Source: an uncultured Actinomycetota bacterium (GTDB taxonomy: Bacteria > Actinomycetota > Humimicrobiia > Humimicrobiales > Humimicrobiaceae). From it: 64,000 nt of DNA. Made by a program: the position numbers and the translations under genes. The notes under the pieces are model-generated. The model had not been told where the DNA came from. It did not search any database and saw only the letters and a list, made by a program, of their open reading frames with translations. The stretch spans positions 11,071 to 75,070 of the forward strand of contig CAYPYW010000010.1 in assembly GCA_964415365.1 (NCBI GenBank). Direction: 5' to 3'. Below, piece after piece: positions 47,738-58,268 of the stretch (positions are counted from its first letter, which is position 1; every line of letters begins with the position of its first letter).

Positions 47738-48796
47738 TTGAATAAAAAATTAATGGCGGCACTGGTAGAATTAGAAAAGGAAAAAGGCATAAGAATTGAC
47801 ACTCTGATAGAGGCTCTCAAAATTGCCTTTGTTTCAGCCTATAAAAAGAATTATCAGGTTGACTATGACTGTCGTGTGGATATAAACGAAAAAACCGGTG
47901 AAATAAAGGTATTTAAAATTTTGGATGAAGGTGGAAGTGAAGATAATACGGCAGAGGATAGCGGCAAGAGAAATGAAGTAGAGGTTACCCCGGATAATTT
48001 TGGAAGAATTGCGGCTCAAACTGCTAAACAGGTAGTAAGGCAGAGGATTAAGGAAGCAGAACGGGAGATTATGTATGAAGAATTTAAAGATAGAGCGGGA
48101 GATATGGTAACCGGTATTGTTCAGCAGAGTGATGCCAGATTTACTCTGGTGGATCTGGGTAAAGTAGAAGCGTTGCTTCCTCCGTATGAGCAGGTTCCGA
48201 GAGAGAGATATAAGCACGGCGAAAGAATAAAGGTTTATATTTCTGATGTAAGAAAAACAACAAAGGGGCCTCAGGTAATAGTATCCAGAACGCATACCGG
48301 TCTGATCAGAAAATTATTTGAATTAGAAGTACCCGAAATTTATGAAGGAATTGTAGAGATAAAAAGTATTTCCAGGGAAGCGGGTTACAGAACTAAGATT
48401 GCTGTTAGTTCAAACGAGAAGAATGTGGATCCCGTGGGAGCATGTGTTGGTCCTAAAGGTTCGCGGGTCAGAATGGTTGTTGACGAATTGGGAGGGGAAA
48501 AAATAGATATAGTAGAATATAGTGATGACATTGTAACCTTTATCAAAAATGCTCTAAGCCCGGCAAGAGTTTTAAAGGTGCTGACTGATGAGGATAAGAA
48601 GTTTGCATTAATTGTAGTTTCGAATGACCAGCTTTCTTTAGCAATAGGCAGGGAAGGTCAAAATGCTAGACTGGCAGCCAAATTAACCGGCTGGAAAATT
48701 GATATAAAGAGTGAGAAACAATTCGAAGAAGAGATGGATGAAGCCAGAAAAGAGAGATTAAAAAGTAAGGGAGAAGATACTGAAGTCAGCGAGTAA
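47738..48796 (+). CDS. nusA: transcription termination/antitermination factor NusA
   Basis: N-terminal MNKKLMAALVELEKEKGIRIDTLIEALKIAF; S1 and two KH domains; 352 aa, no C-terminal AR repeats. Confidence 0.9.
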   Translation: MNKKLMAALVELEKEKGIRIDTLIEALKIAFVSAYKKNYQVDYDCRVDINEKTGEIKVFKILDEGGSEDNTAEDSGKRNEVEVTPDNFGRIAAQTAKQVVRQRIKEAEREIMYEEFKDRAGDMVTGIVQQSDARFTLVDLGKVEALLPPYEQVPRERYKHGERIKVYISDVRKTTKGPQVIVSRTHTGLIRKLFELEVPEIYEGIVEIKSISREAGYRTKIAVSSNEKNVDPVGACVGPKGSRVRMVVDELGGEKIDIVEYSDDIVTFIKNALSPARVLKVLTDEDKKFALIVVSNDQLSLAIGREGQNARLAAKLTGWKIDIKSEKQFEEEMDEARKERLKSKGEDTEVSE

Positions 48797-48846
48797 TGTA
48801 ATTATTATAAGTTTCAGAAATAAATGATGGGCCACTTGAAGGTATT

Positions 48847-51183
48847 ATGAACGCAAAAAAAGAAGACAGTAAAAATAAAATTGAAAAGGAAGACGCAGCT
48901 GAGCCAAAAGATTTAAAGAAGGGTCAGTCAAAGAAGGGTAATGAGGCCAGAACTAAGAGTAAATCTCAGCCTGAGGACATGAGTTCGGCTAAGGGAACAA
49001 AGAAGCTAGAAGTTAAGACCGGAAGTAAGGGAAAAGTGTGGCCAAAAACAAAGAAGAAGGCTGGAACGGAAACCGGTGCTAAGAAGAAAACTGAAGTTAA
49101 AGCGAAACCGAAAGGCAAAACTCCGGCTGGAGTCAAAGCTGCAGGGAAGAGTGCTGCCGTAAAAGCAACAAAGAAAAAAGTCGAGGTTGAAACCAAAGAA
49201 GAACTCACAGTGGAAAGTGCAGCGGAAATTATAGAGAAACCAAAGGCAAAGGTTGATTGGGAAGAAGAGAAAAAATCAAGTATAAAGAGTGTAATTGATA
49301 GAGAACTTGATAAAGAAGAGAGGGAAGGAAGATTCAGAGTAAGGTTGATCCAGAGGAAAAAGGCTGCTCCTGGAAAGAAGGTAAAAGGCAAAGAAGCCCT
49401 AAAGGAAAAACAAAAAGAATTAGGAGAGAGATTAAAGAAAAGACCAGAGATAAAAAAAGTGATTGAAATTTCCGAAGGAATAACTATAAAACAGTTGTCG
49501 GAGAAAACAAATATTCCTTCAAGTGAAATGATAAAGCTGTTATTTAATATGGGTGAGGTTATTAACATAAACCAGTCCCTGAGCAAGGATTTAATAGAAT
49601 ACTTATCCCAGGAATATAATTTTAAATATCATATTGTAGGTTTTGAAGAAAAGTTAGATGAAGTTTATAAGGATTCTGAAGAGGATTTAGAATCCAGACC
49701 TCCTATTGTAACTATAATGGGACATGTGGATCATGGGAAAACAACATTGCTTGATGTCATCAGAGAAACGAATGTTGCAGTTAGTGAGGAAGGCGGAATA
49801 ACCCAGCGGATAGGCGCCTACCAGGTTGACTATAAGAGCAAAAAAATTACTTTTATAGATACTCCTGGACATGAGGCATTTACCTCTATAAGGACCAGAG
49901 GGGCAAAGGTTACCGATATTGCTGTTATTGTTGTTGCCGCTGATGACGGTATTATGCCTCAGACAGTAGAAGCGATAAATCATGCAAAAGATGCAGGTGT
50001 TCCCATTATTATTGCTATCAACAAAATCGACTTACCGAATGCAGATCCTGATAAGATAAAGAAAGGTCTTACCGAGTATAATTTGGTTCCTGAAGAGTGG
50101 GGTGGAGACACTGTTTGTATAGAGATTTCTGCTAAAGAAAAGACTAATCTGGATGAATTTCTGGAGATGATTCTACTGGTCGCTGATTTGAATGAAGTGA
50201 GAGGCAACCCTAATTCCGAAGGTACCGGGATTATAATTGAATCAAGATTAGATAAGGGTTTAGGTCCTGTGGGTACGGTTATAGTAAAGAGAGGAAAGTT
50301 AAAAGTAGGAGATTCTTTTGTTACCGGTGGTACGCTTGGAAGAATAAGGTCAATAAGGGATGAAAATGGTAAAAACCTGAAGGAAGCTATCCTGTCACAA
50401 CCGGTTGAAATCACAGGTTTTTCTCTGATACCGAAAGCCGGAGATAAATTATTTGTGGTTAAAAATGAAAAAGTAGCAAAAGAGCTTTTTAGCAGAAAAG
50501 ATTATGAGACAAAGATGATGAAAATTGCAGATTCAAGAAGAAGTTTAACTCTGGAAAAATTATCCGAATTATCAAAAGAAAGTGAAATAAAAAAATTAAA
50601 AATAATTCTTAGGGCAGACTTCGATGGCTCACTTGATGCAGTGGAAAAATCCTTAAGTAACATAAAAGAAGAAAAAGTAAAGATTGATATAATACACAAG
50701 GCAATTGGAGCTATAACCGATACTGATATACTGTTAGCTGCAGCTTCAAATGCAATTGTAATCGGTTTTGGTGTGGTTCCTACTCAAAAAGCAGATGAAT
50801 TATGTAAGAAGGAAAATGTAGAAGTCAGGACTTATGATATTATCTATAAATTAATTGATGATATCACCCTTGCCTTTAAAGGTTTACTGGAACCTGAAGT
50901 AAAAAGAATTGACAAGGGCAAGGCTGAAGTCAGAGAAATATTCAAGTTTCCAAAGATAGGGATAATTGCTGGTTCTTATATCCTTGAAGGTGAAGTTGAG
51001 AGAGGTAATTTAGTGAATGTGATAAGAGATGGGAATTTAATCCATGAAGGAAAAGTTACAACTCTTCACAGATTCAAGGAAGATGTTAAGAAGGTTTCAT
51101 CAGGATATGAGTGCGGCATAAGACTGGAGGATTTTCAGGATCTCAGTAAGGGCGATGTACTGGAATTCTATGAAGAGAAATAA
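48847..51183 (+). CDS. infB: translation initiation factor IF-2
   Basis: K-rich N-terminal region; G domain [26 protein letters not shown]; 778 aa. Confidence 0.9.
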   Translation: MNAKKEDSKNKIEKEDAAEPKDLKKGQSKKGNEARTKSKSQPEDMSSAKGTKKLEVKTGSKGKVWPKTKKKAGTETGAKKKTEVKAKPKGKTPAGVKAAGKSAAVKATKKKVEVETKEELTVESAAEIIEKPKAKVDWEEEKKSSIKSVIDRELDKEEREGRFRVRLIQRKKAAPGKKVKGKEALKEKQKELGERLKKRPEIKKVIEISEGITIKQLSEKTNIPSSEMIKLLFNMGEVININQSLSKDLIEYLSQEYNFKYHIVGFEEKLDEVYKDSEEDLESRPPIVTIMGHVDHGKTTLLDVIRETNVAVSEEGGITQRIGAYQVDYKSKKITFIDTPGHEAFTSIRTRGAKVTDIAVIVVAADDGIMPQTVEAINHAKDAGVPIIIAINKIDLPNADPDKIKKGLTEYNLVPEEWGGDTVCIEISAKEKTNLDEFLEMILLVADLNEVRGNPNSEGTGIIIESRLDKGLGPVGTVIVKRGKLKVGDSFVTGGTLGRIRSIRDENGKNLKEAILSQPVEITGFSLIPKAGDKLFVVKNEKVAKELFSRKDYETKMMKIADSRRSLTLEKLSELSKESEIKKLKIILRADFDGSLDAVEKSLSNIKEEKVKIDIIHKAIGAITDTDILLAAASNAIVIGFGVVPTQKADELCKKENVEVRTYDIIYKLIDDITLAFKGLLEPEVKRIDKGKAEVREIFKFPKIGIIAGSYILEGEVERGNLVNVIRDGNLIHEGKVTTLHRFKEDVKKVSSGYECGIRLEDFQDLSKGDVLEFYEEK

Positions 51184-51191
51184 TTTTTTAA

Positions 51192-51548
51192 ATGGTCGTG
51201 ATTTGGGTGGATAGAGTAAAAAAAGCGGAGATAGACCTGAAAAGAGAAATAAGTTTTATTATCAATACCAAAGTAAAAGATCCCAGAATAGGATTTATAA
51301 CTGTTACTGATACAAAATTATCTGTTGATTTTAAATGGCTGGATGTTTTTGTCAGTATTATGGGCAAAGAGAATGAAATAAATAGAAGCCTGGAGGGTTT
51401 GAAGAACTGTTGCGGTTTTATAAAGAAGAATTTGCAGCAAAGATTGAAGTTGAGAAATATGCCCAATATAAGATTTTTATATGATAAATCCATTGATAAT
51501 GGTATGAGAGTATCAGAAATACTGGGAACTCTGGATGAAGATAAATGA
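51192..51548 (+). CDS. rbfA: ribosome-binding factor A
   Basis: RVKKAEIDLKREISFIINTKVKDPRIGFITVTDTKLSVD; 118 aa. Confidence 0.85.
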   Translation: MVVIWVDRVKKAEIDLKREISFIINTKVKDPRIGFITVTDTKLSVDFKWLDVFVSIMGKENEINRSLEGLKNCCGFIKKNLQQRLKLRNMPNIRFLYDKSIDNGMRVSEILGTLDEDK

Positions 51549-51566
51549 TGTTAAGCAGGTAACTAA

Positions 51567-52562
51567 TTGGATATAGACAAGTTGTATAAACAGGTCTCAG
51601 AAATTATAAACAGCAATGATAATTTTTTGATTATCACTCATGTCTATCCGGACGGAGATTCACTGGGCTCACAGGTGGCTCTGTATCAATTAATATCCCG
51701 GTTAAAAAAGAATGTAGTAGCGATTTGTAACAGTGAACTGCCTTATCAATATAAATTTTTACCCTATTTAAGTGAAATTAAAAGAGATTTAAAAGAGATA
51801 GAAAATTACAGCAAAGGATATGTCTGTTTTTGTCTGGATTGTGCTGATGAAAATAGAATGAATCTGGATTTCGAAGTATTGAAGAATGATGCAAAGTGCG
51901 TAATAAATATAGATCATCATAGCAACAATACTGGTTTTGGCAATATAAACATTGTGGATGCGGAGAAATCTGCAACCGCTGAGATTTTATATGGGCTAAT
52001 ATATAAGTATTACCGGGAGCTTTTAGATCAGGAAATGGCTCTGGGTATCTATGCGGGGATATTGACTGATACCGGCAAGTTCCAGTATAGCAGTACTGAT
52101 TACGCTGTTCATGAAGTGGTAAGTAATCTTTTAAAGTTCAATCTGCATCCTTCTGAAATCCATAAGCATATATATGAGAATGAGCCTCTGGCAAGATTCA
52201 AGTTGATTCAGTTGATTCTTCAAAGAATTAAGTATATAGATTCTTGTGGGTTAATATATTCGTATGTTCTGGAAAAAGATTTTAAGAGGCTAAATTTGCC
52301 GTTCTCTGCTCAGGACGGGGTGATAAATCTGCTACGGAGTGCGGAGAAAGTAAGGATTGCTGCGTTGATAAAACAGACTGATAGAAAATGTTTTAAAATC
52401 AGCCTTCGTACCTCGGATAGGAATATCGATTTGGTCAAAGTTGCCAGCAGTTTTAAAGGTGGCGGGCACCAGATGGCTTCTGCCTATTCTGATAATGGAA
52501 GTTTGAGAACTGTAGTTAATAACTTAAGGAAATCAATAAGAGATAATCTAAATTATGAATAG
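51567..52562 (+). CDS. nrnA: DHH/DHHA1 phosphoesterase NrnA (nanoRNase / pAp phosphatase)
   Basis: DHH motifs THVYPDGDSLGS, DHH; DHHA1 GGGH near C-term. Confidence 0.8.
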   Translation: MDIDKLYKQVSEIINSNDNFLIITHVYPDGDSLGSQVALYQLISRLKKNVVAICNSELPYQYKFLPYLSEIKRDLKEIENYSKGYVCFCLDCADENRMNLDFEVLKNDAKCVINIDHHSNNTGFGNINIVDAEKSATAEILYGLIYKYYRELLDQEMALGIYAGILTDTGKFQYSSTDYAVHEVVSNLLKFNLHPSEIHKHIYENEPLARFKLIQLILQRIKYIDSCGLIYSYVLEKDFKRLNLPFSAQDGVINLLRSAEKVRIAALIKQTDRKCFKISLRTSDRNIDLVKVASSFKGGGHQMASAYSDNGSLRTVVNNLRKSIRDNLNYE

Positions 52563-53303
52563 TACCAATGTTAAATCTGATTTACTGGAAGATTTTAACG
52601 GCATAATATTAATAAATAAGTTGCCTGATATGACTTCTTATGACGTCATAAGGCGGATAAAGAGAGTTTTTTTTTAAAAAAAATTGGCCATGCTGGTACA
52701 CTGGACCCCATAGCAGAAGGCCTGCTTATTGTTTTAATAAATAAAGCCACTAAACTATTCGATTATTTTTTATCTTTGAGTAAAGAGTACATTGCAGATA
52801 TAAAACTAGGAGTAATTACTGATACATGGGATCTTTATGGAAAAGTTTTAGCTGTCAAAGAAGTCAGGAATGTTAGTGCCAAGGAAATATCCGGGATCTT
52901 GAGTAAATTCAAAGGTAAAATTGAACAGAAGCCACCGGTATATTCCTCAGTAAAGTATAAGGGAAGACCATCATATAAATTTGCCAGGGAGGGGCAGAGC
53001 GTGGATATAAAACCGAGAATGGTGAACATTTATGATCTGGAACTTATTTCTCTGGATGATGATTTACTTACAGTAAAAGTAAATTGTAGTTCGGGTACAT
53101 ATATCAGGTCTCTGGCTTATGAAATTGGAGAGTTATTAGGATGCGGCGCTTCAATAGAGGGACTAAAAAGAGCAAAAATCGGTGATTTTAAACTGGACGA
53201 CGGTATCGATGTAGCAAAGTTTCTGGAAAGCGACTTAGAAAAGGACGATTTGGAATCAAGCCCGTATATAATATCTATTGAAAAGTTACTGGATAAGATA
53301 TAA
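52555..53303 (+). pseudogene. truB: tRNA pseudouridine55 synthase TruB, interrupted by a frameshift in a T9A8 homopolymer tract (52667-52683)
   Basis: N-terminal frame MNSTNVKSDLLEDFNGIILINKLPDMTSYDVIRRIKRVFF* stops inside the T-run; C-terminal frame continues KKIGHAGTLDPIAEGLLIVLINKATK... (catalytic Asp motif GH.GTLDP), then the 175-aa listed ORF; one extra T (T10A8) or T8A7 would restore the frame. Confidence 0.7.
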
Positions 53304-53393
53304 GAAGATAAATTTAACTAAAAGTATTGTAATTTTTTGGCAGTTCAATAAAATCTAGTAGTTTGAGATTTTATAGGGTATCGGAGTGTTAAA

Positions 53394-54344
53394 TTGTCAG
53401 AATTATTAGAATTAGAAAAAATAGATAACAGTTATTTTAGGAATAAAAATGCGGTTGTGGTGATTGGGTTTTTTGATGGGGTACATCTTGGGCACAAGAA
53501 GATAATTGAGACCTGTGTCGAAAAGGCAAGGAAGATAAAAGGTGTTAGTATAGTTATGACTTTTAACAAGCCTCCGCTAAATGTAATAAAAAACGGAATG
53601 TATAAAAAACTTATAATTTCTTATGAGGAGAAGATAAAAATCATTAATAGTCTGGGGGTTAATTTTATTGTAACTGCCAATTTTGATTCTGATTTTTTAA
53701 TGCTGGAACCGGGACAGTTTTGCAGGGATGTGCTTATAAATAAGTTTTATATAAGAGAAATTTTTGTAGGAAGTGGATTTCGTTTTGGCTTTGAAGCCAG
53801 GGGAGATGTGCTTTTCTTAAAAAGGTTTTTAATGCCCTACAATATAAAGGTAAATGTAGTTCCTCTTCTGAAAATAAAGGGTGTGGTAGTTTCAAGTACT
53901 AACATAAGAAAGTATTATTCTGAAGGCAAGATAGAGGAGATAAGGGATTTATTGGGGAGGAATCCACAGGTTGAAGGGGTTGTCGTCAGAGGTGCTGGTA
54001 GGGGGAAGCAACTGGGATTCCCTACTGCCAATATAGATGTTTGCGAGGTTTTTGTAACTCCAAAAGATGGAGTTTATCTGGGTACTGTTGGGATTGATGG
54101 GGATGAGAATAAATTGTTTCCGGCCATTATAAATGTAGGAGACAACCCAACTTTTAGGGAATCAAAAAAATGGATAGAAGCTTTTATAATTAATTTCAAA
54201 AATAATATATATAAAAGGAAAATAAGGATTAGTTTTTTAGAAAGACTGAGGGATGAAATTATATTTGAGGGTAAGGATAAATTAATCAACCAGATGAGGT
54301 TGGATTTGGAGTATGCCAGTAAATATTTTAAGAGCAAAAGCTGA
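53394..54344 (+). CDS. ribF: bifunctional riboflavin kinase / FAD synthetase
   Basis: AVVVIGFFDGVHLGHKKII nucleotidyltransferase motif; C-terminal riboflavin kinase (PTANI) domain. Confidence 0.9.
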   Translation: MSELLELEKIDNSYFRNKNAVVVIGFFDGVHLGHKKIIETCVEKARKIKGVSIVMTFNKPPLNVIKNGMYKKLIISYEEKIKIINSLGVNFIVTANFDSDFLMLEPGQFCRDVLINKFYIREIFVGSGFRFGFEARGDVLFLKRFLMPYNIKVNVVPLLKIKGVVVSSTNIRKYYSEGKIEEIRDLLGRNPQVEGVVVRGAGRGKQLGFPTANIDVCEVFVTPKDGVYLGTVGIDGDENKLFPAIINVGDNPTFRESKKWIEAFIINFKNNIYKRKIRISFLERLRDEIIFEGKDKLINQMRLDLEYASKYFKSKS

Positions 54345-54493
54345 TGGGCTTACGGCTGATTTAAGGAAACTTCAAAAAGCCCCAAGAACAATTTCCTGCT
54401 GTAGAAGGGGTAAATAGTGGGATTTGATTAAATTGTAATTAATATAAGCTTGTGATAAATTATAGTACGAACATTTTGAGGAGGTGAAAAAAG

Positions 54494-54763
54494 TTGGCTT
54501 TAGTAAAAGAAGATAAGGAAAAGGTTATCGAGAAATTTAAAACTCATGAGAATGATACCGGTTCTTCTGAGGTTCAGATAGCTATTCTTACAAAGAAGAT
54601 TAACAGGCTGAATGAACATTTGAAGGCAAATAAAAAGGATCATCATTCCAGAAGGGGTCTGGTTGTTATGGTTGGTAAGAGAAAAAGACTTCTGGGATAT
54701 TTAAAAAATAATGACATAGCGAGGTATAAAAAAATAATTGGGGAATTAGGTTTAAGAAAGTAA
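54494..54763 (+). CDS. rpsO: 30S ribosomal protein S15
   Basis: TTG start with GAGGAGG RBS; [34 protein letters not shown]. Confidence 0.9.
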   Translation: MALVKEDKEKVIEKFKTHENDTGSSEVQIAILTKKINRLNEHLKANKKDHHSRRGLVVMVGKRKRLLGYLKNNDIARYKKIIGELGLRK

Positions 54764-54817
54764 TTCTACATAAATGTTTTTTTGTTTCTGCAATTTAAAG
54801 GAGAATGTAAAATATAA

Positions 54818-56962
54818 ATGGAAAAAAGTTATACGATCGATATTGATGGAAAGAAAATGATATTTTCCACCGGTAAGATGGCCAGGCAGGCTAATTCAGT
54901 TTTGGTTAAATTTGGTGGAAACGGAGTATTAATTACTGCAGTTATGAATCAAAATCCGACTGGGAACACAGATTTTTTCCCCCTGGTAGTTGATGTTGAA
55001 GAGAGAATGTATGCGGCGGGCAAGATACCCGGGGGATTCTTTAAGAGAGAGGGCAGAGCCAGCGATAAAGCAATTCTTAACTCAAGATTAACTGATAGAC
55101 CCTTGAGGCCATTGTTTGATAAAAATATAAGAAATGAAGTTCAATTAATTGCCACGGTTATCTCTTTTGATCAGGTCAATCCCTATGATATTTCAGTAAT
55201 AAATGGTGCTTCAATGACGTTATATATATCGGATATACCGTTTGAGGGTCCTATAGGTGCGGTCAGAATTGGCAAAATAGGTGAGAGATGGATAATAAAT
55301 CCGGCTTACAGTGAGATTGAGGAAAGCATTATAGATATAGTGGTGGCTGGCACGGAAGAAGCAATATTAATGGTAGAAGCAGGCGGTAAGGAGGTACCTG
55401 AGGAAATAGTATTGGAAGCTATGGAAAGGGCACATGCCGAAATAAAAAAAATTATCAATTTCCAGAAAGAATTCAAAAAAATAGTAAGTAAAGAGAAAAG
55501 GGAAACTATTAATTTTGAATTGAACAAGGATGTTGAAAAAAAGGTAAGGAAATTAGCAGAAGGAAAGATTAAGGAAATTTTGGATGATGTTGTGAAATAT
55601 TCCGGGGATGATGAGAAAAAGGCTTTACTAGATGACACTGCTAAGGGTTATTACCAGGATAGAGTTCTGGTTATAAAAGAAGAAATTGAAAAAGAGCTGG
55701 AATCAGAATTTCCGGAAGATAAAGAGAGTATTGATGTAAGTTTTAACGAGCTTGAGAGAGAATTGGTAAGAAAGATGATCCTGGAGAAAGGAATAAGGCC
55801 TGATGGCAGAAAACCTGATGAGATAAGAGACATAAGCTGTGAAGTAGGTTTATTTCCGGAAACAACACACGGCATTGGCCTTTTCACCAGAGGGAAAACA
55901 CAGGCTCTTACTATATTGGCTTTAGGTTCGATAAGAGAAGCTCAGAAAATAGATAGTCTGGGAAAAGAGGAATTCAAGAGATACATACATCATTATAATT
56001 TCCCTCCGTTCAGCACTGGTGAAACCCGGCCACTGAGGGGACCGAGAAGAAGAGAAATAGGGCATGGAGCGCTGGCAGAAAAAGCTTTGCGACCTATGAT
56101 TCCTGATGAGGATAAATTTCCCTATGTCTTAAGATTGGTATCTGAGGTTTTGGAATCCAATGGCTCTACTTCAATGGCCAGTGTATGTGGAAGTACTCTG
56201 GCTCTAATGGACGCAGGAGTTCCAATACTAAATCCGGTTTCCGGCATAGCAATGGGCCTGATTAGAGGCGAAGATGATAAGTATATAATATTAAAAGATA
56301 TACAGGGTTTGGAAGATTTCTATGGTGATATGGACTTTAAGGTTGCAGGAACTAAAAATGGAATTACTGCACTACAGATGGACATGAAAATAAAAGGCAT
56401 TAGTCTGGATATTATAAAGAAGGCACTGGATAAGGCACGGGAGGGAAGATTATTCATACTGGAGAAAATGCTTGAAGTAATTCCTGAACCGAGAGAGAGC
56501 TTGTCCAAATGTGCACCGAAAATAACTACATTTAGAATTCCCAAGGAGAAGATTGGTGAAGTTATTGGACCGGGTGGAAAGAATATTAAAAGCATAAAAG
56601 AAGAATTTGATCTGGAAGAAATTGATATAAGTGATTATGACGGAGAAGGTATGGTTTCTATTATTTCCTCAAATGATACTAATATCGAAATGGCAAGGAA
56701 AAAAATAGAGGGAATGTTAAAGACTTTTGAAGATATAAAGGTAGGAGAAGAGTTTTTAGGAACCGTAGTGGGAATAACCAGCTATGGGGCCTTTATAAAT
56801 TTAATCCCTGGAATAGACGGACTTCTCCATATATCCAAAGTTACAAATAAAAGGATTAAAGACGTTAAGGATTATTTAAAAATGGGTGATAAAATACTGG
56901 TTAAAGTTGGTAATATTGATTCCAGAACTAAAAAAATAAGTCTGGAAAGAACCGATATCTGA
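54818..56962 (+). CDS. pnp: polyribonucleotide nucleotidyltransferase (PNPase)
   Basis: Two RNase PH domains, KH and S1 at C-term; 714 aa; rpsO-pnp synteny. Confidence 0.95.
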   Translation: MEKSYTIDIDGKKMIFSTGKMARQANSVLVKFGGNGVLITAVMNQNPTGNTDFFPLVVDVEERMYAAGKIPGGFFKREGRASDKAILNSRLTDRPLRPLFDKNIRNEVQLIATVISFDQVNPYDISVINGASMTLYISDIPFEGPIGAVRIGKIGERWIINPAYSEIEESIIDIVVAGTEEAILMVEAGGKEVPEEIVLEAMERAHAEIKKIINFQKEFKKIVSKEKRETINFELNKDVEKKVRKLAEGKIKEILDDVVKYSGDDEKKALLDDTAKGYYQDRVLVIKEEIEKELESEFPEDKESIDVSFNELERELVRKMILEKGIRPDGRKPDEIRDISCEVGLFPETTHGIGLFTRGKTQALTILALGSIREAQKIDSLGKEEFKRYIHHYNFPPFSTGETRPLRGPRRREIGHGALAEKALRPMIPDEDKFPYVLRLVSEVLESNGSTSMASVCGSTLALMDAGVPILNPVSGIAMGLIRGEDDKYIILKDIQGLEDFYGDMDFKVAGTKNGITALQMDMKIKGISLDIIKKALDKAREGRLFILEKMLEVIPEPRESLSKCAPKITTFRIPKEKIGEVIGPGGKNIKSIKEEFDLEEIDISDYDGEGMVSIISSNDTNIEMARKKIEGMLKTFEDIKVGEEFLGTVVGITSYGAFINLIPGIDGLLHISKVTNKRIKDVKDYLKMGDKILVKVGNIDSRTKKISLERTDI

Positions 56963-56990
56963 ATACTTTATTAGCGAGGTAGATAGAAAA

Positions 56991-58268
56991 ATAGTTTCTT
57001 CAAGTGGCTTAAAATTTGACAGTTATGAGATAACTGAATTAAATAACGGAATAAAAGTTATTAGTGAATATATACCCCATTTTAGATCAATATCGCTAGG
57101 TTTCTGGATACCGACTGGATCCAGAGATGAAGATAGAAGTATTAATGGAATTTCCCACCTTATAGAGCATCTTATTTTCAAAGGTACCAAGAAGAGGAGT
57201 TATAGAGATATAGCTATTGAGTTTGATTCAATGGGTGCTGAATTCAATGCATTCACTGATAAAGAAGATTGCTGTATTTATGCTGATTTCATTGATACCC
57301 ATCTGGATAATTGTACTGAACTGCTGTTTGATATATTGATGAATCCATCTTTCCTTACGGAGCATATCAAAACTGAAAAGAAGGTAATAGTTGAGGAAAT
57401 AAAGATGGTAGAGGACAACCCATCTGATAATATCATGAATTATTTCTATGAAACAATTTTAGATGGACATCCCTTGAGCTTACCAGTTTTGGGTACCAAA
57501 AATTCGCTCACGAGAATCAAAAAATCTACCATACTGGAATATTTTAAGGATAAGTTTAATATTAGCGGTATTGTTATCTCGGCTGCAGGTAATATAAAAC
57601 ATAGAGATTTAATAGATAGAATTAAAAAAAATACTGTTGGAGCAGGAGATAAAAGGCATCCAAAGAATTTTGTCAGACAGAAACCCCCGTCTAATGGAAG
57701 TGTTAAGAAGATATATAGCGGTAAAACGAATTCGATTCATATGTGTTTTGGGGGTCTGGGCTGCGGACGGGATAGCAAAGATAGGTATCCAATTTCACTG
57801 TTCACAAATTTACTTGGCGGAAGTATGAGCAGTAGATTATTTCAGAAAATAAGGGAAGAAGAAGGCCTGGCCTATTCAATTTTTAGTAGTAATGCTCAAT
57901 ATCTGGATACGGGTACAATAATTATATACTCAGCTTCTTCGCCTAAAAATGTTGAGAGAATTTTAGAATTAATTAAGAGCGAAATAAATAATATTATCAA
58001 GTATGGAGTAAAAGATGTTGAGCTGAAAAGGGCCAAGGAAAATTTAAAAGGAAATATTGTTCTGAGTGTGGAAGATATAAGTTCAAGGATGTTCAGGCTG
58101 GGAAAAGGGCTTTTATTTGATAAAAAAGTTTTGACTATTGACCAGATATTAAAGAAAATAGATAAGGTAGAACAAAATAATTTAAATGATGTAGTCAATA
58201 AGTATTTTAAGTTGGATAAGATGAGTCTGGTAGTACTGGGAAAATTAAATAAAGGCAGGTTATTATGA
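56991..58268 (+). CDS. M16-family (pitrilysin/insulinase-like) zinc peptidase; true start unresolved
   Basis: Inverted zinc motif HLIEHLIF (HxxEH) and N-terminal ...LKFDSYEITELNNGIKVISEY... are encoded upstream of the first in-frame ATG (57231); frame opens after TAA 56937-56939 and holds no ATG/GTG/TTG before 57231; coordinate 56991 (ATA, 10 nt after GAGGT) is only a placeholder. Confidence 0.7.
   Translation: MVSSSGLKFDSYEITELNNGIKVISEYIPHFRSISLGFWIPTGSRDEDRSINGISHLIEHLIFKGTKKRSYRDIAIEFDSMGAEFNAFTDKEDCCIYADFIDTHLDNCTELLFDILMNPSFLTEHIKTEKKVIVEEIKMVEDNPSDNIMNYFYETILDGHPLSLPVLGTKNSLTRIKKSTILEYFKDKFNISGIVISAAGNIKHRDLIDRIKKNTVGAGDKRHPKNFVRQKPPSNGSVKKIYSGKTNSIHMCFGGLGCGRDSKDRYPISLFTNLLGGSMSSRLFQKIREEEGLAYSIFSSNAQYLDTGTIIIYSASSPKNVERILELIKSEINNIIKYGVKDVELKRAKENLKGNIVLSVEDISSRMFRLGKGLLFDKKVLTIDQILKKIDKVEQNNLNDVVNKYFKLDKMSLVVLGKLNKGRLL

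Noticed and set aside
48966-50414. Minus-strand ORFs of 206, 98 and 144 aa inside infB
   Set aside because: Antisense of the K/E-rich IF-2 N-terminus gives long open frames by composition alone (S/F/L-rich); infB identity is unambiguous.
54345-54817. S15 (rpsO) and pnp leader regulatory structures
   Set aside because: Could not identify a convincing hairpin or pseudoknot by eye; promoter hexamers are ambiguous; left unannotated.
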